In this document: in pieces, positions 1 through 13,030 of the stretch
Position numbering within the stretch: position 1 is the first letter of the stretch
Layout: every line of letters starts with the position of its first letter
Assembly (NCBI RefSeq): GCF_009914755.1
Contig: NC_060934.1
Origin: the human T2T-CHM13v2.0 reference genome, Homo sapiens
Length of the DNA: 64,000 nucleotides
Reading direction: 5' to 3' (one strand)
Translations under genes and position numbers: made by a program
The notes under the pieces: model-generated
Database searches by the model: none
Told to the model about the DNA's origin: nothing
What the model saw: only the letters and a program-made list of their open reading frames with translations

Positions 1-1659
1 GAGCTCTGGGACCCAAATAGAGCCTCCTACTGTAAAGCCTTCTAAAGCAGAAAGGTCTAGGAGACAAGATCCCTGCATTCTACCTCTAATCTGGGCCCTG
101 CTCCATCCAGCACTGCTTTCCTCATTCTGGCTGGCCTCAACCTTACCATCTGTAAAATGGACAGCCAAGGAGAGGATGAGGGCTAGAGTTCATTGATTAT
201 AATCACAAACCCTGAGAGCACCTGCTGTGTGCTGGGGGTCCGAATGCTAAGCTGGGAAGCAGGCACTTGGGACCTGGGAGGGGAGTGCAGGATTTGAGGG
301 GAACGTGCTCTTCTCCACAGACCGGGTTCTTGGGACCTTCAGAATACATTTCTTTTTCTCTGGCATTAGAACATGACCTGTTCTGATGGAGGACCCATTA
401 GTTGGACTGAGACTGCAATGGCTTTCTTATTTGAAGATGAGAAGAATTTAGACTCTCTACTTCTCTTCCGCAGCTCTGTCTAAAACAGGGGCATAACAGC
501 AGTTGGGTTTCCTTTGGCAATGGAGACTCCACTACTGGCTTCCTTCCAAGTCATCTTAAAAAGGGCCTTACAGAGAGCTGGGAATGGGGTCACAGCCACC
601 TTTTCAAGAGTAGGAACCAAGAACCTGTGACTTGCCTCAAGTCCGCCTGACCAGGACTGGCACCAGCCTTTCCGAGCCTGGTCTGAGTGTTGGGTGAACT
701 CACAGCACCATATGAGTGAGAACAAAGAGATTTCTCCCTCTCTCCCAGAGCCTCTTCATTCCTGGTCTCCATCCTCCTTCACAGCTTTGCTCTTCCTCCC
801 CCTAATAATTCCCAGGCCAAGGGGGAAGGGGCTTTTTTGCTCAGTAGTCTGGACTGAGAAGGAACCAGCCTCTCCTATGGTGATCATCAGACAGAAGTGC
901 TCTGCTTGGGAAAGCTCACTCCTTGCAGCTGCAAGCTCTGTCTAGTTGATGTTCCATCCTGTCTGTGGTCAGCACTCCCTGGGCCTTCCTTCTCCCACCA
1001 TCACCATAGTCCCCTATCCATTCCCTTTGAGCCCCCATCCCCATTTCTTCATGGGCAGGAGGCATAGTGGAGCTTCTGTTGAGGTTTGCTTTTGGACTTA
1101 GATCGTATCACATTCTTCAGATGGAAGCCATTAATCCCACTCCAAATTATGATCAACTCACAAAAATAATCACCAAAAACCTATGGAGCAAAGGCTCTGT
1201 TGGCCAACTTCTTCAAGACCTTGCTCCATCATTCAAAGACCATTGCCCTGTCCTGTGGCCTGCAGTTTCCTTCTGTGGCCTCATACAACCTTCCTTCTAC
1301 CTCTGTGCCTTCCTCGGGGCTGTTTCCTCACCTTCTCCACCACTCAAAACCCCTCTCACCCTTCAAGACAGCTCCACACCCCCTCCTCTAGGAAGCCTTT
1401 CCAGACTACCCAAACCTGAGTGGGAGAAACTGTTTAACCCCAGGCTAGCTGCATGTCTTTAAGAGGAGGCCAAATGGTGCCAAGCCCCATGCCAGCTGCT
1501 TCAACAGGACAATGCCTCAGTTAGTCCCCATGACAACCCGTTGAGATAAATGTTAATAATCCCGTTTAACAGATAGGGAACTGAATCTGCCAGGTTGGGG
1601 GTGGGGTGGAAATGGGAAAAATGCCTGACCCCAAGCTTGTGTTTTGTTCCACTGCTCTG

Positions 1660-1850
1660 CCCAGCCTCCTGTCCCTGCACTGAGCATTTCTTTCATTCTG
1701 ACTTATTTACCCTGGGTTGTTTGTGTGGGTTCTCCTATGGATCTGGGGTCCCCTCCTGAGAACAGAGGCTGCTGTATTCCTCTGTGCCTCCTTCCCGGTA
1801 CTGTGCACAGAGGGACTACTCAGCCAATGTTTGAAGGATTGAATTAAATC
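1660..1850 (+). mobile_element. LINE-2 3' fragment (degenerate)
   Basis: L2-like 3' end: 'cctcctgagaacagaggct...actcagccaatgtttgaaggattgaat'. Confidence 0.5.
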
Positions 1851-2059
1851 TTGCCACGTAGTGGTTGGCATTTTCCCCACACCTAGAGTTGCAGTAATGA
1901 AATTTCCACCATATGCCTTAAAGGATTAAAATGTTGAAAATGTCACAACCTGGAGGAAACCAGAGCTCTTGAAATTTACCAATAAAACAATAGCTGCTGT
2001 GTATGGAGCATCTGCCGTGTGATCAGCTGTGCACTTTGTCTCTGATTCTTGACAATCAC

Positions 2060-2187
2060 CCCGGGAATGGTTGGATATTCAGTTGACTCCAGAATAGCTG
2101 CATCAGGGTTTATGGCTGGCATTGGTTCTGATTGGTCAGGTCCCCTACAAACCACTTGTTATGTATTAATATTTTCATACAGCACCT
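2060..2187 (-). mobile_element. Possible hAT-Tip100 MITE remnant (MamTip-like)
   Basis: Reverse strand 'gaccaatcagaaccaatgccagccataaac' and a 'caggtgctgtatgaaaatatt' terminus resemble recalled Tip100 MITEs. Confidence 0.35.
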
Positions 2188-2749
2188 GCTTATAAGTCAC
2201 ATGCTGCTATGGACACACCATTTTATGGATGAAAAAACCAAAGCTCAGAGGAGAGAAGAAAATTCCCAAAGCCACACAGCTAGACATTGCAGCCCAAGCA
2301 GCCTATGGCACACACAATGTAAACAGCACACCATTCCACCTCAAACCTGGCTTCCAGCCCTCCCTGTCCCAGGCTAGATTGGGCCTTCTCCCACCCTCCA
2401 TGAGATTACAGTCAGTGATCACTACAGGGTGGGTGGGGGCTGGCTCACTCACAAACCACACCTCCAGGCAGTGCAGTCCATTTGCTCACAAGAGAAACAC
2501 TCCTGTGGGACACCAGCTTTGCCATCCGAGCAAAGAGCTGCATTAGCACTGGTGTGCAACAGAGCTCGGGGCTACCTGGACCCTAGAGCTTGGTGGGCTT
2601 GGTGGTCCCACTGTTTACATGGAGATGGAGTGAAGGCAAAACAGGTTACTTGGAGAAATGGATTGCAAGAGCTGATCTTTAGTGGTTCATATTTTGCTAA
2701 CTCCACAGGGAGTAAGCCATGAATTTGGGGACACGCAGTCTGGTGCCCA

Positions 2750-3600
2750 TCACTGTGTGAAACTGACCAGGGCCCTTGCCCTTGCTGTCTGAGCCTTACT
2801 TCCCCACCTGTAGAGCTATCTGGGCTGGCTAGACCCTGAGGTCCCTTCCAGTTCTCCTACTCTGTGAAGGTTGAGGCTGAGCTCTGGGGTCCAATGGCCT
2901 GTGCTCAAATGCCAGCACTGAGGTGGGGGAAGTGTCCGCTCAGCTTCCCTGGGCTTTGGCTTCTGCATTTGTCAAATAAGGGCAATAAAAGCAATAGCTA
3001 CCTCAACCAAACATTACACTTAAAGTGGTAAAGTGCTTAGAATAGCCCTGTCACGTGGCACAGGCTCACGAGCCCTGCATAGTATTACCTTAAGCTGATA
3101 TGGTCACTCTGGCTCCGAATCTTGCCCAGCAAGTACCATTTTCATGATGCAAGTGGGAAATGAAGATCCAGAGAGTTTAAGTAACTTGCTCAAGGTCACA
3201 CAGCTAAAACAGGGCCCGGACCAGTCCTCTGTCTCCCCCATGTCCCTGAGCTACACTTCTCTCCTCCTGCACCCTCACCCACCCCAGGAAGGAGAAGAGT
3301 GGTTTGGGCAGCAGGTGAGAGCAGGTCTTCTCCAAGGTGGGAGAAGAAACAGCCTGTGTGTTTCTCCATCCCTGTATCTAACTGTCTACCACAGCCAGCC
3401 GGCAGGAGTGGGAGCTATCTGGAGCCTATGTTCAGCAGCCTGGGGCTTCAGGCCTAGTTTCTTTGCTTACCAGCTGTGTGACTTTGAGCAGGGCAGGCAA
3501 CCTCTCTGGGCCTCCGTGTCCTGATCAGTAACATAAGGGAAAGCAGCCCTGCCCAGTCTACTTACAGAGCTGTTACCAGCATTAACCACAATGTCAGATT
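2750..3600. mobile_element. Cluster of several MIR SINE fragments
   Basis: MIR core motifs in both orientations: 'ctgtgtgactttgagcagg...cctctctgggcctc', 'gtaacttgctcaaggtcacacagct', 'gtaaagtgcttagaatag'. Confidence 0.65.
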
Positions 3601-3602
3601 TA

Positions 3603-3956
<354 letters not shown>

Positions 3957-4794
3957 CTACTGAAGGCTCTGTGTCCATCAGGGACCCTGTGTGGGCTGGC
4001 CAGAGGCAGTGGGCTGGCTGGAAGGAGTTGTGCCCATTGGTGGAGGGGCACGCTAGGCCATAGTGACCCCAAAGGGAGGAAGTCAAAGGGTTCCCTACTC
4101 TGACTCATCTTCTTTCCCTTCCTGGGGTCTCCTACCCCAGCTGCCCACTGGCTGGACTCAATTGGAAGGCAGAGAACACATGGCCCACCCAGGCATGCCA
4201 AAGGGTACAAGCAAGAGAATACAGAGAACAGATCGGTGGGACAAGCAGGAGACATCCAGGGCCCTGTACAGGGGCCTCTCTGGGACCGTGCCCCTCCCTC
4301 CCCAGTCCTGCTTCTGCACCCCCAGGAGCTGACTAGACAATAATGGGACACACACTGGAGATAGCACCATCTTCAACCTGTCAGGAGGTTTATTGTAAAA
4401 GGAGATTTAGTCTCTTTTTTGCAAGTAAAACAATGAAACCTCCATAATTGTTCCAGGAGAAATAAACATGCCAAAATATTTAAGTACTAATAAAACTTAA
4501 GAATTATCTCAGCATATTTAAATATAGATGTATTTTTATGGCAGGCAATGAAGGCAATTGCCAGCAGAAAGCCTTTCATCTAGGCCATTTAGTACTCACC
4601 CTCCTCCTTCAAGGCTTGGGTGGGGAGGGGACGAGAAAGGGGCTGGGGTGGAGCCTGCACAGTGACGGGAAGAGGCTCCCCTTGCAGGCAAGTGGGTCAC
4701 ATGCAGTCACTGAGCAGGGACACCAGATGCTGGGCTGGACCCTCTTTATGCTGCTTGTGACTCCCTCCATCCCTGCCGCAGCCCTAGGTGGTTC

Positions 4795-4930
4795 TAGTAT
4801 CATCTCTATTTGACAGCAGAAGAATCCAAGACACATAAAGGTGAAATAACTTGCCCCAGGCCTCACAGCTGGTAACTGCTAGAGATGGAATGACATAGCC
4901 TGACTGCAGAACTTACACTCGCTCATTACT
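4795..4930 (-). mobile_element. MIR fragment
   Basis: 'aggtgaaataacttgccccaggcctcacagctggtaact' MIR core. Confidence 0.6.
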
Positions 4931-5299
4931 GCCTGGCCCTGCACGAGGAACAAGGGATACAGGTGTACAGTGAGCTGAGGTCAGGGCCCTCTCAGCCCTT
5001 GCCAGGACTATTCAAAAACCTCTGAACGAGTGTCACAGACTCTGTTCCTACATGCCTGTCCAACACTCCCCACATCCATTCTCAGGGCTGCCACGAAGGC
5101 TTCTCTCTCACTCTGTGTGTGTGCACACGTATATTATCTGTGTGTGTGCACAGGGGACTTTGCCATCTTCTGCTGAATTGTGCTTCCTTTCTTGAGACTG
5201 CAGTTCAAGCCATTAACAGATACCAGGAGCGGCATGCAAAGATGAAGAAAATACAGTCCCTGCATTTGAGGCAACTTCAGGAAGAAACTTTCAGAGTTT

Positions 5300-6365
<1,066 letters not shown>

Positions 6366-6464
6366 GTTGTTACCCATGTCCTATTTCAACATCAGATGAA
6401 CCACTCAACCATCTTCCCACTGGTAACAGAAATGTGTGAATGAGCATGTGTAGCAATGGGTAGA

Positions 6465-6620
6465 AAACAAGCATTTATGAAACACTTATTTAATCCTCAC
6501 AATAATTTCATGAAGAGCTATGATGCTTATACATGGGAAAGCTGAGGTTCAAAGAGATTAAGCAGCTTGCCTAAGGTCACGCAGCTGGTACGCAGGAGAA
6601 AGGTGTTTGGATCTTAGCCC
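6465..6620 (-). mobile_element. MIR fragment
   Basis: 'ttaatcctcacaataa...gctgaggttcaaagagattaagcagcttgcctaaggtcacgcagctggta'. Confidence 0.75.
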
Positions 6621-8004
6621 TCACCATAGCCTATCTCTAAGATGATGCCACTCTGTCTCCCAGGCTGCCTCTCTGAAGAAGCCCAGGCTCCTAAAACAGA
6701 GCAGGAGGACAGCCACAGCAATGTCGAATCCATTATTGTAATCTGCACCAAAGAGACATCCCTAGGTGAATGATGTCACCAGAAGGTTCGGACCAAGGCC
6801 CACCATTAATCTCATGGTTACAAACAATATAGGAAGATTATGCTGGCCTCCAGCCCAGTTAAGTGGACATTTGGATTTTTTCCAAAGCAAATGTGGATAC
6901 TGTAAATACAGGTCAGCTGGTTTGCAGGAAATCAGCATCTAGACGAAGACGTGTCTAGCAAGAATTTCCAAAAGTCCTACTGCAAAGAGCCTGGGTCACA
7001 GGGTGGCCGCTTGGAGTACGTCTGTCACTTATAAACTGCTGTTTTTCATGCATTCACTTGTAACATACTTGCTGAGGGACTCCTGGGTGCCTGGCTGTTT
7101 GCTGGGCTTGGGTTCAGGTGTGAATCCTGGAGGTAGAGAGGGGCAGGGAATTATGATCCTGGCAACCTTCTCTTCTCCAGAACAGTCCACCTTCAAACAG
7201 AAAATTGACATGCAGAGAGGTGGGATCCTTACCTGCAGTCACACAGCAAGTGGAAAAGCTGGGAAGACATCCCAAGTCGCTATTAAGTCACTTGACTGCC
7301 CTACATCCCAATATTGTTGTTGTTTAAACTACTGAATTTTCTAAATTGCTTCCCTTTCTCGGAAAGGGTACAGCAATCCTTTGCCACAATGTATGTCCTA
7401 ATTTTGGTTTCTAGACATAAAGTAAATGTAGATATGACTCTATTTATTTCCCTGGGGAGCACATAGTTAGAGGTTAACCCTTCTTCCCAGGGAAAATTAG
7501 AGAACAACACAAGAAGGTAATAAATGTGAGTGCTCATGGCATGGTTTGATTAAGTATCTCATGAGTGGGACAGACAATGAGTCCTTTTAATCGACTTCTG
7601 CTCAGGGTCTAGGAGAAGGATTGTCCTCTTTCATTAACGCAAACCCACAAGGGCTGCAACTTCACTCCAGGCACTTTACAGGGACTGGATCAAGTGGTCC
7701 TGGAAGGGGGCCCCAAGTTTCCCCTTCTCCTTGGGGGTGGGTGTTGCCATACCAGGCTGGTTCTAGGGGTGCTGCTCTCCTGATAGAATTGGCCAGGGAT
7801 AGATTTCATATTTCCTTGTTGATACCCTTAGCAGAGTTGAGATAGGATTCACTTGCTTAAACACCAAGGGAATAGGGGAGTAAACATAGAAAGATCTAGA
7901 AGTAGTGTTTCAGGCCAGGGGCTTTGCCCACCATTGCTGGCTCACCCCTAGATCTCTGCCCAAACTTCATGCCAGAAGAGTTGGTTGCTGACCCAGGGCT
8001 CCCA

Positions 8005-8087
8005 GACTAGGATTTGGGAATCCTGGCTTTGGGGCTTTGGGGCTTCTCCTGGACTAGGATTTGGGAACCCTGGCTTTGGGGCTTCTT
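8005..8087. repeat. Local tandem duplication (2 copies, 47-bp offset)
   Basis: GACTAGGATTTGGGAA(T/C)CCTGGCTTTGGGGCTT at 8005 and 8052; copy 1 has an extra 9-bp internal repeat. Confidence 0.9.
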
Positions 8088-8202
8088 CTTGGTAAGAGAT
8101 GTCATTTGGCCACTCTATGCAGATGATAAATTCCTCGTTTCTTTAGCATAGAAACTAAATCTTAATCAAGTATACAGCAAGTATAAATGCTTGGGAAATC
8201 TT

Positions 8203-8875
8203 AGGGAAGGAAAGAAGGAAGGAAGTAAGCAAGGAAGGAAGGAAGGGATGGAGAAAGGGAGGGGGGAAGAGAGGAAAGTGTATCAGTGCATTCTCACTTT
8301 TCTATAAAGAAATGCCTGAGACTGGGTACTTTATAAGGAAAAGAGGTTTAATTGGCTCATGACTCCACAGGCCGTACAGAAAGCATGATGCTGGCATATG
8401 CTCAGCTTCTTGAGGAAAAGCCTCAGGAAACTTACAATCACGGTAGAAGGCAAAGAAAAAGCAGGCACCTCTTACATGGTGGTAGCAGGAGCAAGCTAGA
8501 GAGAGAGAACAGGGATGTGTCCCACACTTTTAAACAACCAGATCTCAATATCAAGAGAATAGCACCAAGGGGATGGTACTAAACCAGTCATGAGAAATCC
8601 TTCTCCATGATCCAATCATCTCCCATCAGGCCCCATGCACAACACTGGAGATTATGATTCGACATGAGATTTGGGTGGGGACACAGATCCAAACCATATC
8701 CGAAGTAAAGGGGGAACAAAATAAAGAAAAAAAGAAGGAAAGGAAATAAGAAAGGTAGGTAGTGAGAGAGAGAGGAAGGAAGGGATAAACACAGAGGAAA
8801 AGAAAAAAGAAGGAAAGAAAGAAGGAAGGAAGCAAAAAAGAAAGGGAGGAAGAAATAAGGAAGGACAAATAGAAA
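8203..8875. repeat. GA-rich low-complexity tract split by an MSTA-like LTR
   Basis: (GGAA)n/(GAAA)n-like purine runs at 8203-8278 and 8702-8875. Confidence 0.85.
8279..8701 (-). mobile_element. MaLR solo LTR, MSTA/MSTB-like
   Basis: Ends 'tgtatcagt...' and 'gagatttgggtggggacacagatccaaaccatatc' match the reverse of the MST consensus; internal 'gcctgagactggg', 'aaacttacaatc'. Confidence 0.92.
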
Positions 8876-10899
8876 ACTTTCTTTTTAACAAAAGCCATGA
8901 GATTCATCTGGTTTTTCTGCATTTGTTGGGAGTGGCAGATATTTTTGTCAGTAAAGCCTGGTATATATAACTGGTAGTCACTTAATGTTTGCTGAGAGAA
9001 TGGATGACTGTTATGGAGATTTCTGATTTGTTTACTTAAAGGGAGTTCTCCTTATGGAATCATAATGGCCACGATTAGTAAGATCAAGAGGAATATGCAG
9101 ACTAAGGCTTTGATTTTAAATCACAAGGAAATACACAAGCACATGATAAAATTTTCATATTAGCAGGCCAGTTTGAACTCAACGTAGCCAAGCTATTCTC
9201 AATGCCACCTGTGTTTAGTGTGACTTCGAGGTCACAGCCAGTCCAAGATCATTTCTCTGAGTCAAGCTCTTATATCACCAGTGAAAGGGCTCTTGTCTGA
9301 ACGCAGCTCATGACTCACCTCTTAACTTTCAAACTGAGAGCATGAAAATTCTCAAATGAGCTAGAGGAGGTTATCTAGGGATAGTCAGAGAGAGGGAAGA
9401 AAAGGAGTGCCTATCTAGTTGCTGATGGAAACAGACTGATTAATCCAGATACAAAAAAGACATTTCCTTAAACATTTCTGAATTCAGAATTGTTTGCTAT
9501 CAATTAAAATGTTGAGATGATCTCTTTTTTTCTAAGTGGTGGCTTCACCCTCTCCTGAACCATTTCCCTTCCAGAAAATCAAGACCTTCTACCACATTCA
9601 CTCCGCCTCCCAGTTCATGATTCAGAAAATGAAGTTTGAAAAAGCACCTAAAAATGGAAGAGGAGTGAGGAGCTCTGCAGGGTGAGGCCCAACATCTCGC
9701 CACATTAACCCTGCGAACTCAGCCCCAGTAAACGAGGCTGGGAGCCATTAATGCCTAATGATGTTGCATTGTCTTCCAATAACAAACCATCTCACCAGTT
9801 GGTTTTATAGAGGACCAGCTGTTGTTAATTGGGGAAGATGAGCATGAAATGGCAGCTTTCACACCTGACCAAGAGAGAGCTGCAGCATCAGGGGGCAGGC
9901 TGAGCCTCTCCTGCATGCAGGGGGGCTGCTTAGATCTGCCTTGGTGAAGGGGAGATGCAGACAGTACCCTGGGGTTCCCGCTCCTCTCACATCCTTAGGG
10001 GGCAGAAAGAATAGGAGAGCTCAAGTTCCTTTAGCATCTCACCATCTCCTTCCCAAGCCCAGTGACATCCCACATACCATGCTGTGGCATCTTTGTGTAC
10101 CTGTGGGAGTCCCTCTAGCAAAGTGAGGGGCAACTCAAAGCTAGGGGCCCAACATTGCACCCCGAGAGCCTGGCCCAGAATCTGACATAGTCCAGACTCT
10201 GCAGAGGAGGCATGGCCAGGTTCTTTACCACTGACCCTAGTCTCTGCTCCCTGGACACAGGTGACTGGCCCAGGAATAGACAGCAGTTTATAGGCTACCA
10301 ACAACCAGTGACATGAGGGCCTGGCTCTCACATAGGAGCTGGGTCGATCACATTTTCTCCCTTGGCATTTCATCAAAGAGACACAAAAAGAGATGGTCAC
10401 CTAGCAGTAGGCTCAAATCAAAGGGAGTAGGGACCACATCTGTGATATAGAGAGGTTAGGGCAGCCATGGAAGGAGTCAGGATTAAGCCAGCTGGTCCAT
10501 AGGGACAGGAAACTGGTGTGCACACTTGAGAAGGGACAGAGGTGTCAGAGGGAGACTTCAAGAAAGTTCCCGATCAGGATATGATTTAAAGCATGTTGGA
10601 TCTGGGAGCCACAGACTGCCTCAGTGGGGTCACATCCTTGGTCTTCCAGGAGCGCTCACTTTGCCGTATGATAAATCCACCAAAGGAGTCAGCCCCTGTT
10701 CTTTGTATTCCAGAGCTCCGTGTCTAGAAAAATTGCTCCAAAGAGCCATCCCTCAAGATTGGCAAAGAGACATAGGCACTGTCTGGTGAAAGGCAGGTCC
10801 TGAGGTTTTGCCATGAAAGCCGAAGGAGCTGGGAACTCTCACGTGTGGAATAGCAATGGTGTGCACGTAAACTTGGAGTCACGGGTGGTCTTCCTAACA

Positions 10900-11050
10900 C
10901 ACCTGGAAGCATGTTAGTTACATTATCCCCATTTCTCAGATGGGAAACTGAGGCTCTGTAATGTCGAGCATCCTGCTCATCTTCAGTGAATGGCAGACTT
11001 GAAGCAAGTCCGTGTGACTCCCCTCCAGTTCTCTTTTGATAGCACTGCAC
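10900..11050 (-). mobile_element. MIR fragment
   Basis: 'cccatttctcagatgggaaactgaggctc'. Confidence 0.65.
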
Positions 11051-11909
11051 TGTTGCTGCTGGCATTTGAGAACCACTGCAGGCTCTCTGCTGGCGCGCAG
11101 AGCCAGGGAGCTCAGTCAAGCGGCCTTGACTCCTGCAGACTGAGAAAAGGACAGGCCTCGCTCCTCACCTGTTTGCCTTTATTCTCAGCATTGCTGCGAA
11201 AGACGGGAATGCGGAACATTAAAACATGTACTGTAAATAAACCAAATTAAAGTAAAATTGACTCATTTAGCAACCAGCCTCCGATCTTGCATTAGAAGCA
11301 ATTGAAGAGATTTCACAGATTTTAGTAACCAGATAAGATTATTATATAAACAGACTTCTGCATTGAATGATGAGCCATATCTTGAGGAGAATATTTGAAA
11401 TCAATAGCAATACAGGCTGAGAATTAAGTAATGTGGTTAAGCACTTTTGAATGATGCCATTTTTAAGAGCTGATTAGAAATAAATATGCCAATTGCAGCA
11501 GAGCTGATAGCTGGAATCAAGTGATGATTAATCAATTTGGGCCTGAGAGCCAGGGAGGCCATCTTGGGGAGAATGTTGCCAGCCCTGCACTCCAGCTTGC
11601 TGGAAAGGGGTTGAGAATGCTCTGGGGCCTGATGCAGCAGGCTCGGGGCTGTACAGAGGCCAATGGTGGCCCCGAGAAGGTCTGAGAAAGATGTTAGAGT
11701 CCTCGTGCAGAAGCCTAGCTCTGCCCACCTGGTGCTGGCCACCACGGTGTTTGGGAAGGTGCCTGAGAGCCGGCACAGGATTAGCTGTAAGCTGCTTAAG
11801 CTGCTCACGCAGGGTGAGCCTGCAGCAGAGAGGAAGTTATGGTTGGGGACACTGGTGACCCTGGGATTGCGTTTCGAATGCCCAATTACCACTCGACTGG
11901 AAAATGATT

Positions 11910-12675
11910 GGTCTTTTGGCGGCCCTGTAATCATCTCTCACCTGGACAATTGCACCAGCTTCCTGATGGGTCCCCACATGAACCGTGAGCCTGGCGGATG
12001 CATTCCACACATAGTCACCATGGTGATCTTTCTAAAGCATTTCTCAGATCTTGTCACTCACCTTGTAGAAACCCAGTGCTGCCTCCCCTGCACCTTAGGT
12101 CAATTCCAGATACCTTAGCTTAGGGTTCAAGGCCCCCTCATGGCCCAGTCATCTCTAGTTGCCTCATTTTTTCCTTTCTCCCATTCCTGCCCTATGATCG
12201 CGTCAAACAGAAGGTTTTATCAGTGCCCAGGAATCCCCTGTTCTTTGAGTGTTGTCTCTGCTCCTGCTGGGCCCTGCCTACTTCCCTGTCTACAGAAGCC
12301 CCAGCCCCTCTCCCACCTAATTCAAAGGCCACCTCCTTGGGAAAGCCCACTTTGACTGTTCCTTTCCCCAACCCAAACATAAGCACAACTAGCTGGTCTC
12401 TCTTTGTTACAATCCTTTTCCTGTTTCATATCACTATCATTCATTATGTCTTTTTATTCTATAAGTACTGATTGGCACTTTTGCAGTGCTACTCACTCTG
12501 GCCTAACCCTAGAGATACAGGGAGAGAACACAGACATGGCCCCTCCCCTCCTGGAGCTCAGTATTTCACTCAGGCATTTAATGCTTTGTGCAACTGTCTC
12601 AACTCTGGGGGGCAAGACATTCTTATTTAATTCTCCTGGCACAAGTGAATGAATGAATGAATGAATGAATGAATG
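11910..12675 (+). mobile_element. LINE-2 fragments ending in a (TGAA)n tail
   Basis: L2-like 'catctctcacctggacaattgcaccagcttcct', 'tgatctttctaaagcat', 'attcaaaggccacctccttgggaaagcc'; (TGAA)7 at 12646-12674. Confidence 0.7.
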
Positions 12676-12899
12676 TGAGATAACACAAATGAATAAGAGG
12701 CAAAGGTGGATCAGTGGATGGAGGCTGCAATAAAGCAAATTTTTGCTTGGTGGAAGAAGCTGGGGTTTTGCCCAGCACTGCATAAACTGCCTTCCATGGG
12801 GTCGAGCTCTCAGGAACTTGAGGCATCCATGCGGAGGAAAACCATCTGTCAAAGAGAGGCCCGAAAAGACAGAATTGGCTGGGGATTGAAGTTGCAGGG

Positions 12900-13030
12900 C
12901 TGGGGGCTCTAGCCTCAGCCCTATCACTGACTCACTATGTGAATTCAGGTAGACCTTAGCAAGAGCATATCCTCTCTTTGAGCCTCAGCTTCCCTGTCTG
13001 TAAAATGAAGACATTGGACTATAAGTGGTA
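12900..13030 (+). mobile_element. MIR fragment
   Basis: 'ctctttgagcctcagcttccctgtctgtaaaatgaag'. Confidence 0.7.

Noticed and set aside
11437-12118. Overlapping 151-165 aa ORFs on both strands
   Set aside because: No recognisable domain, partly L2-derived, and the lengths are expected by chance in GC-rich DNA.
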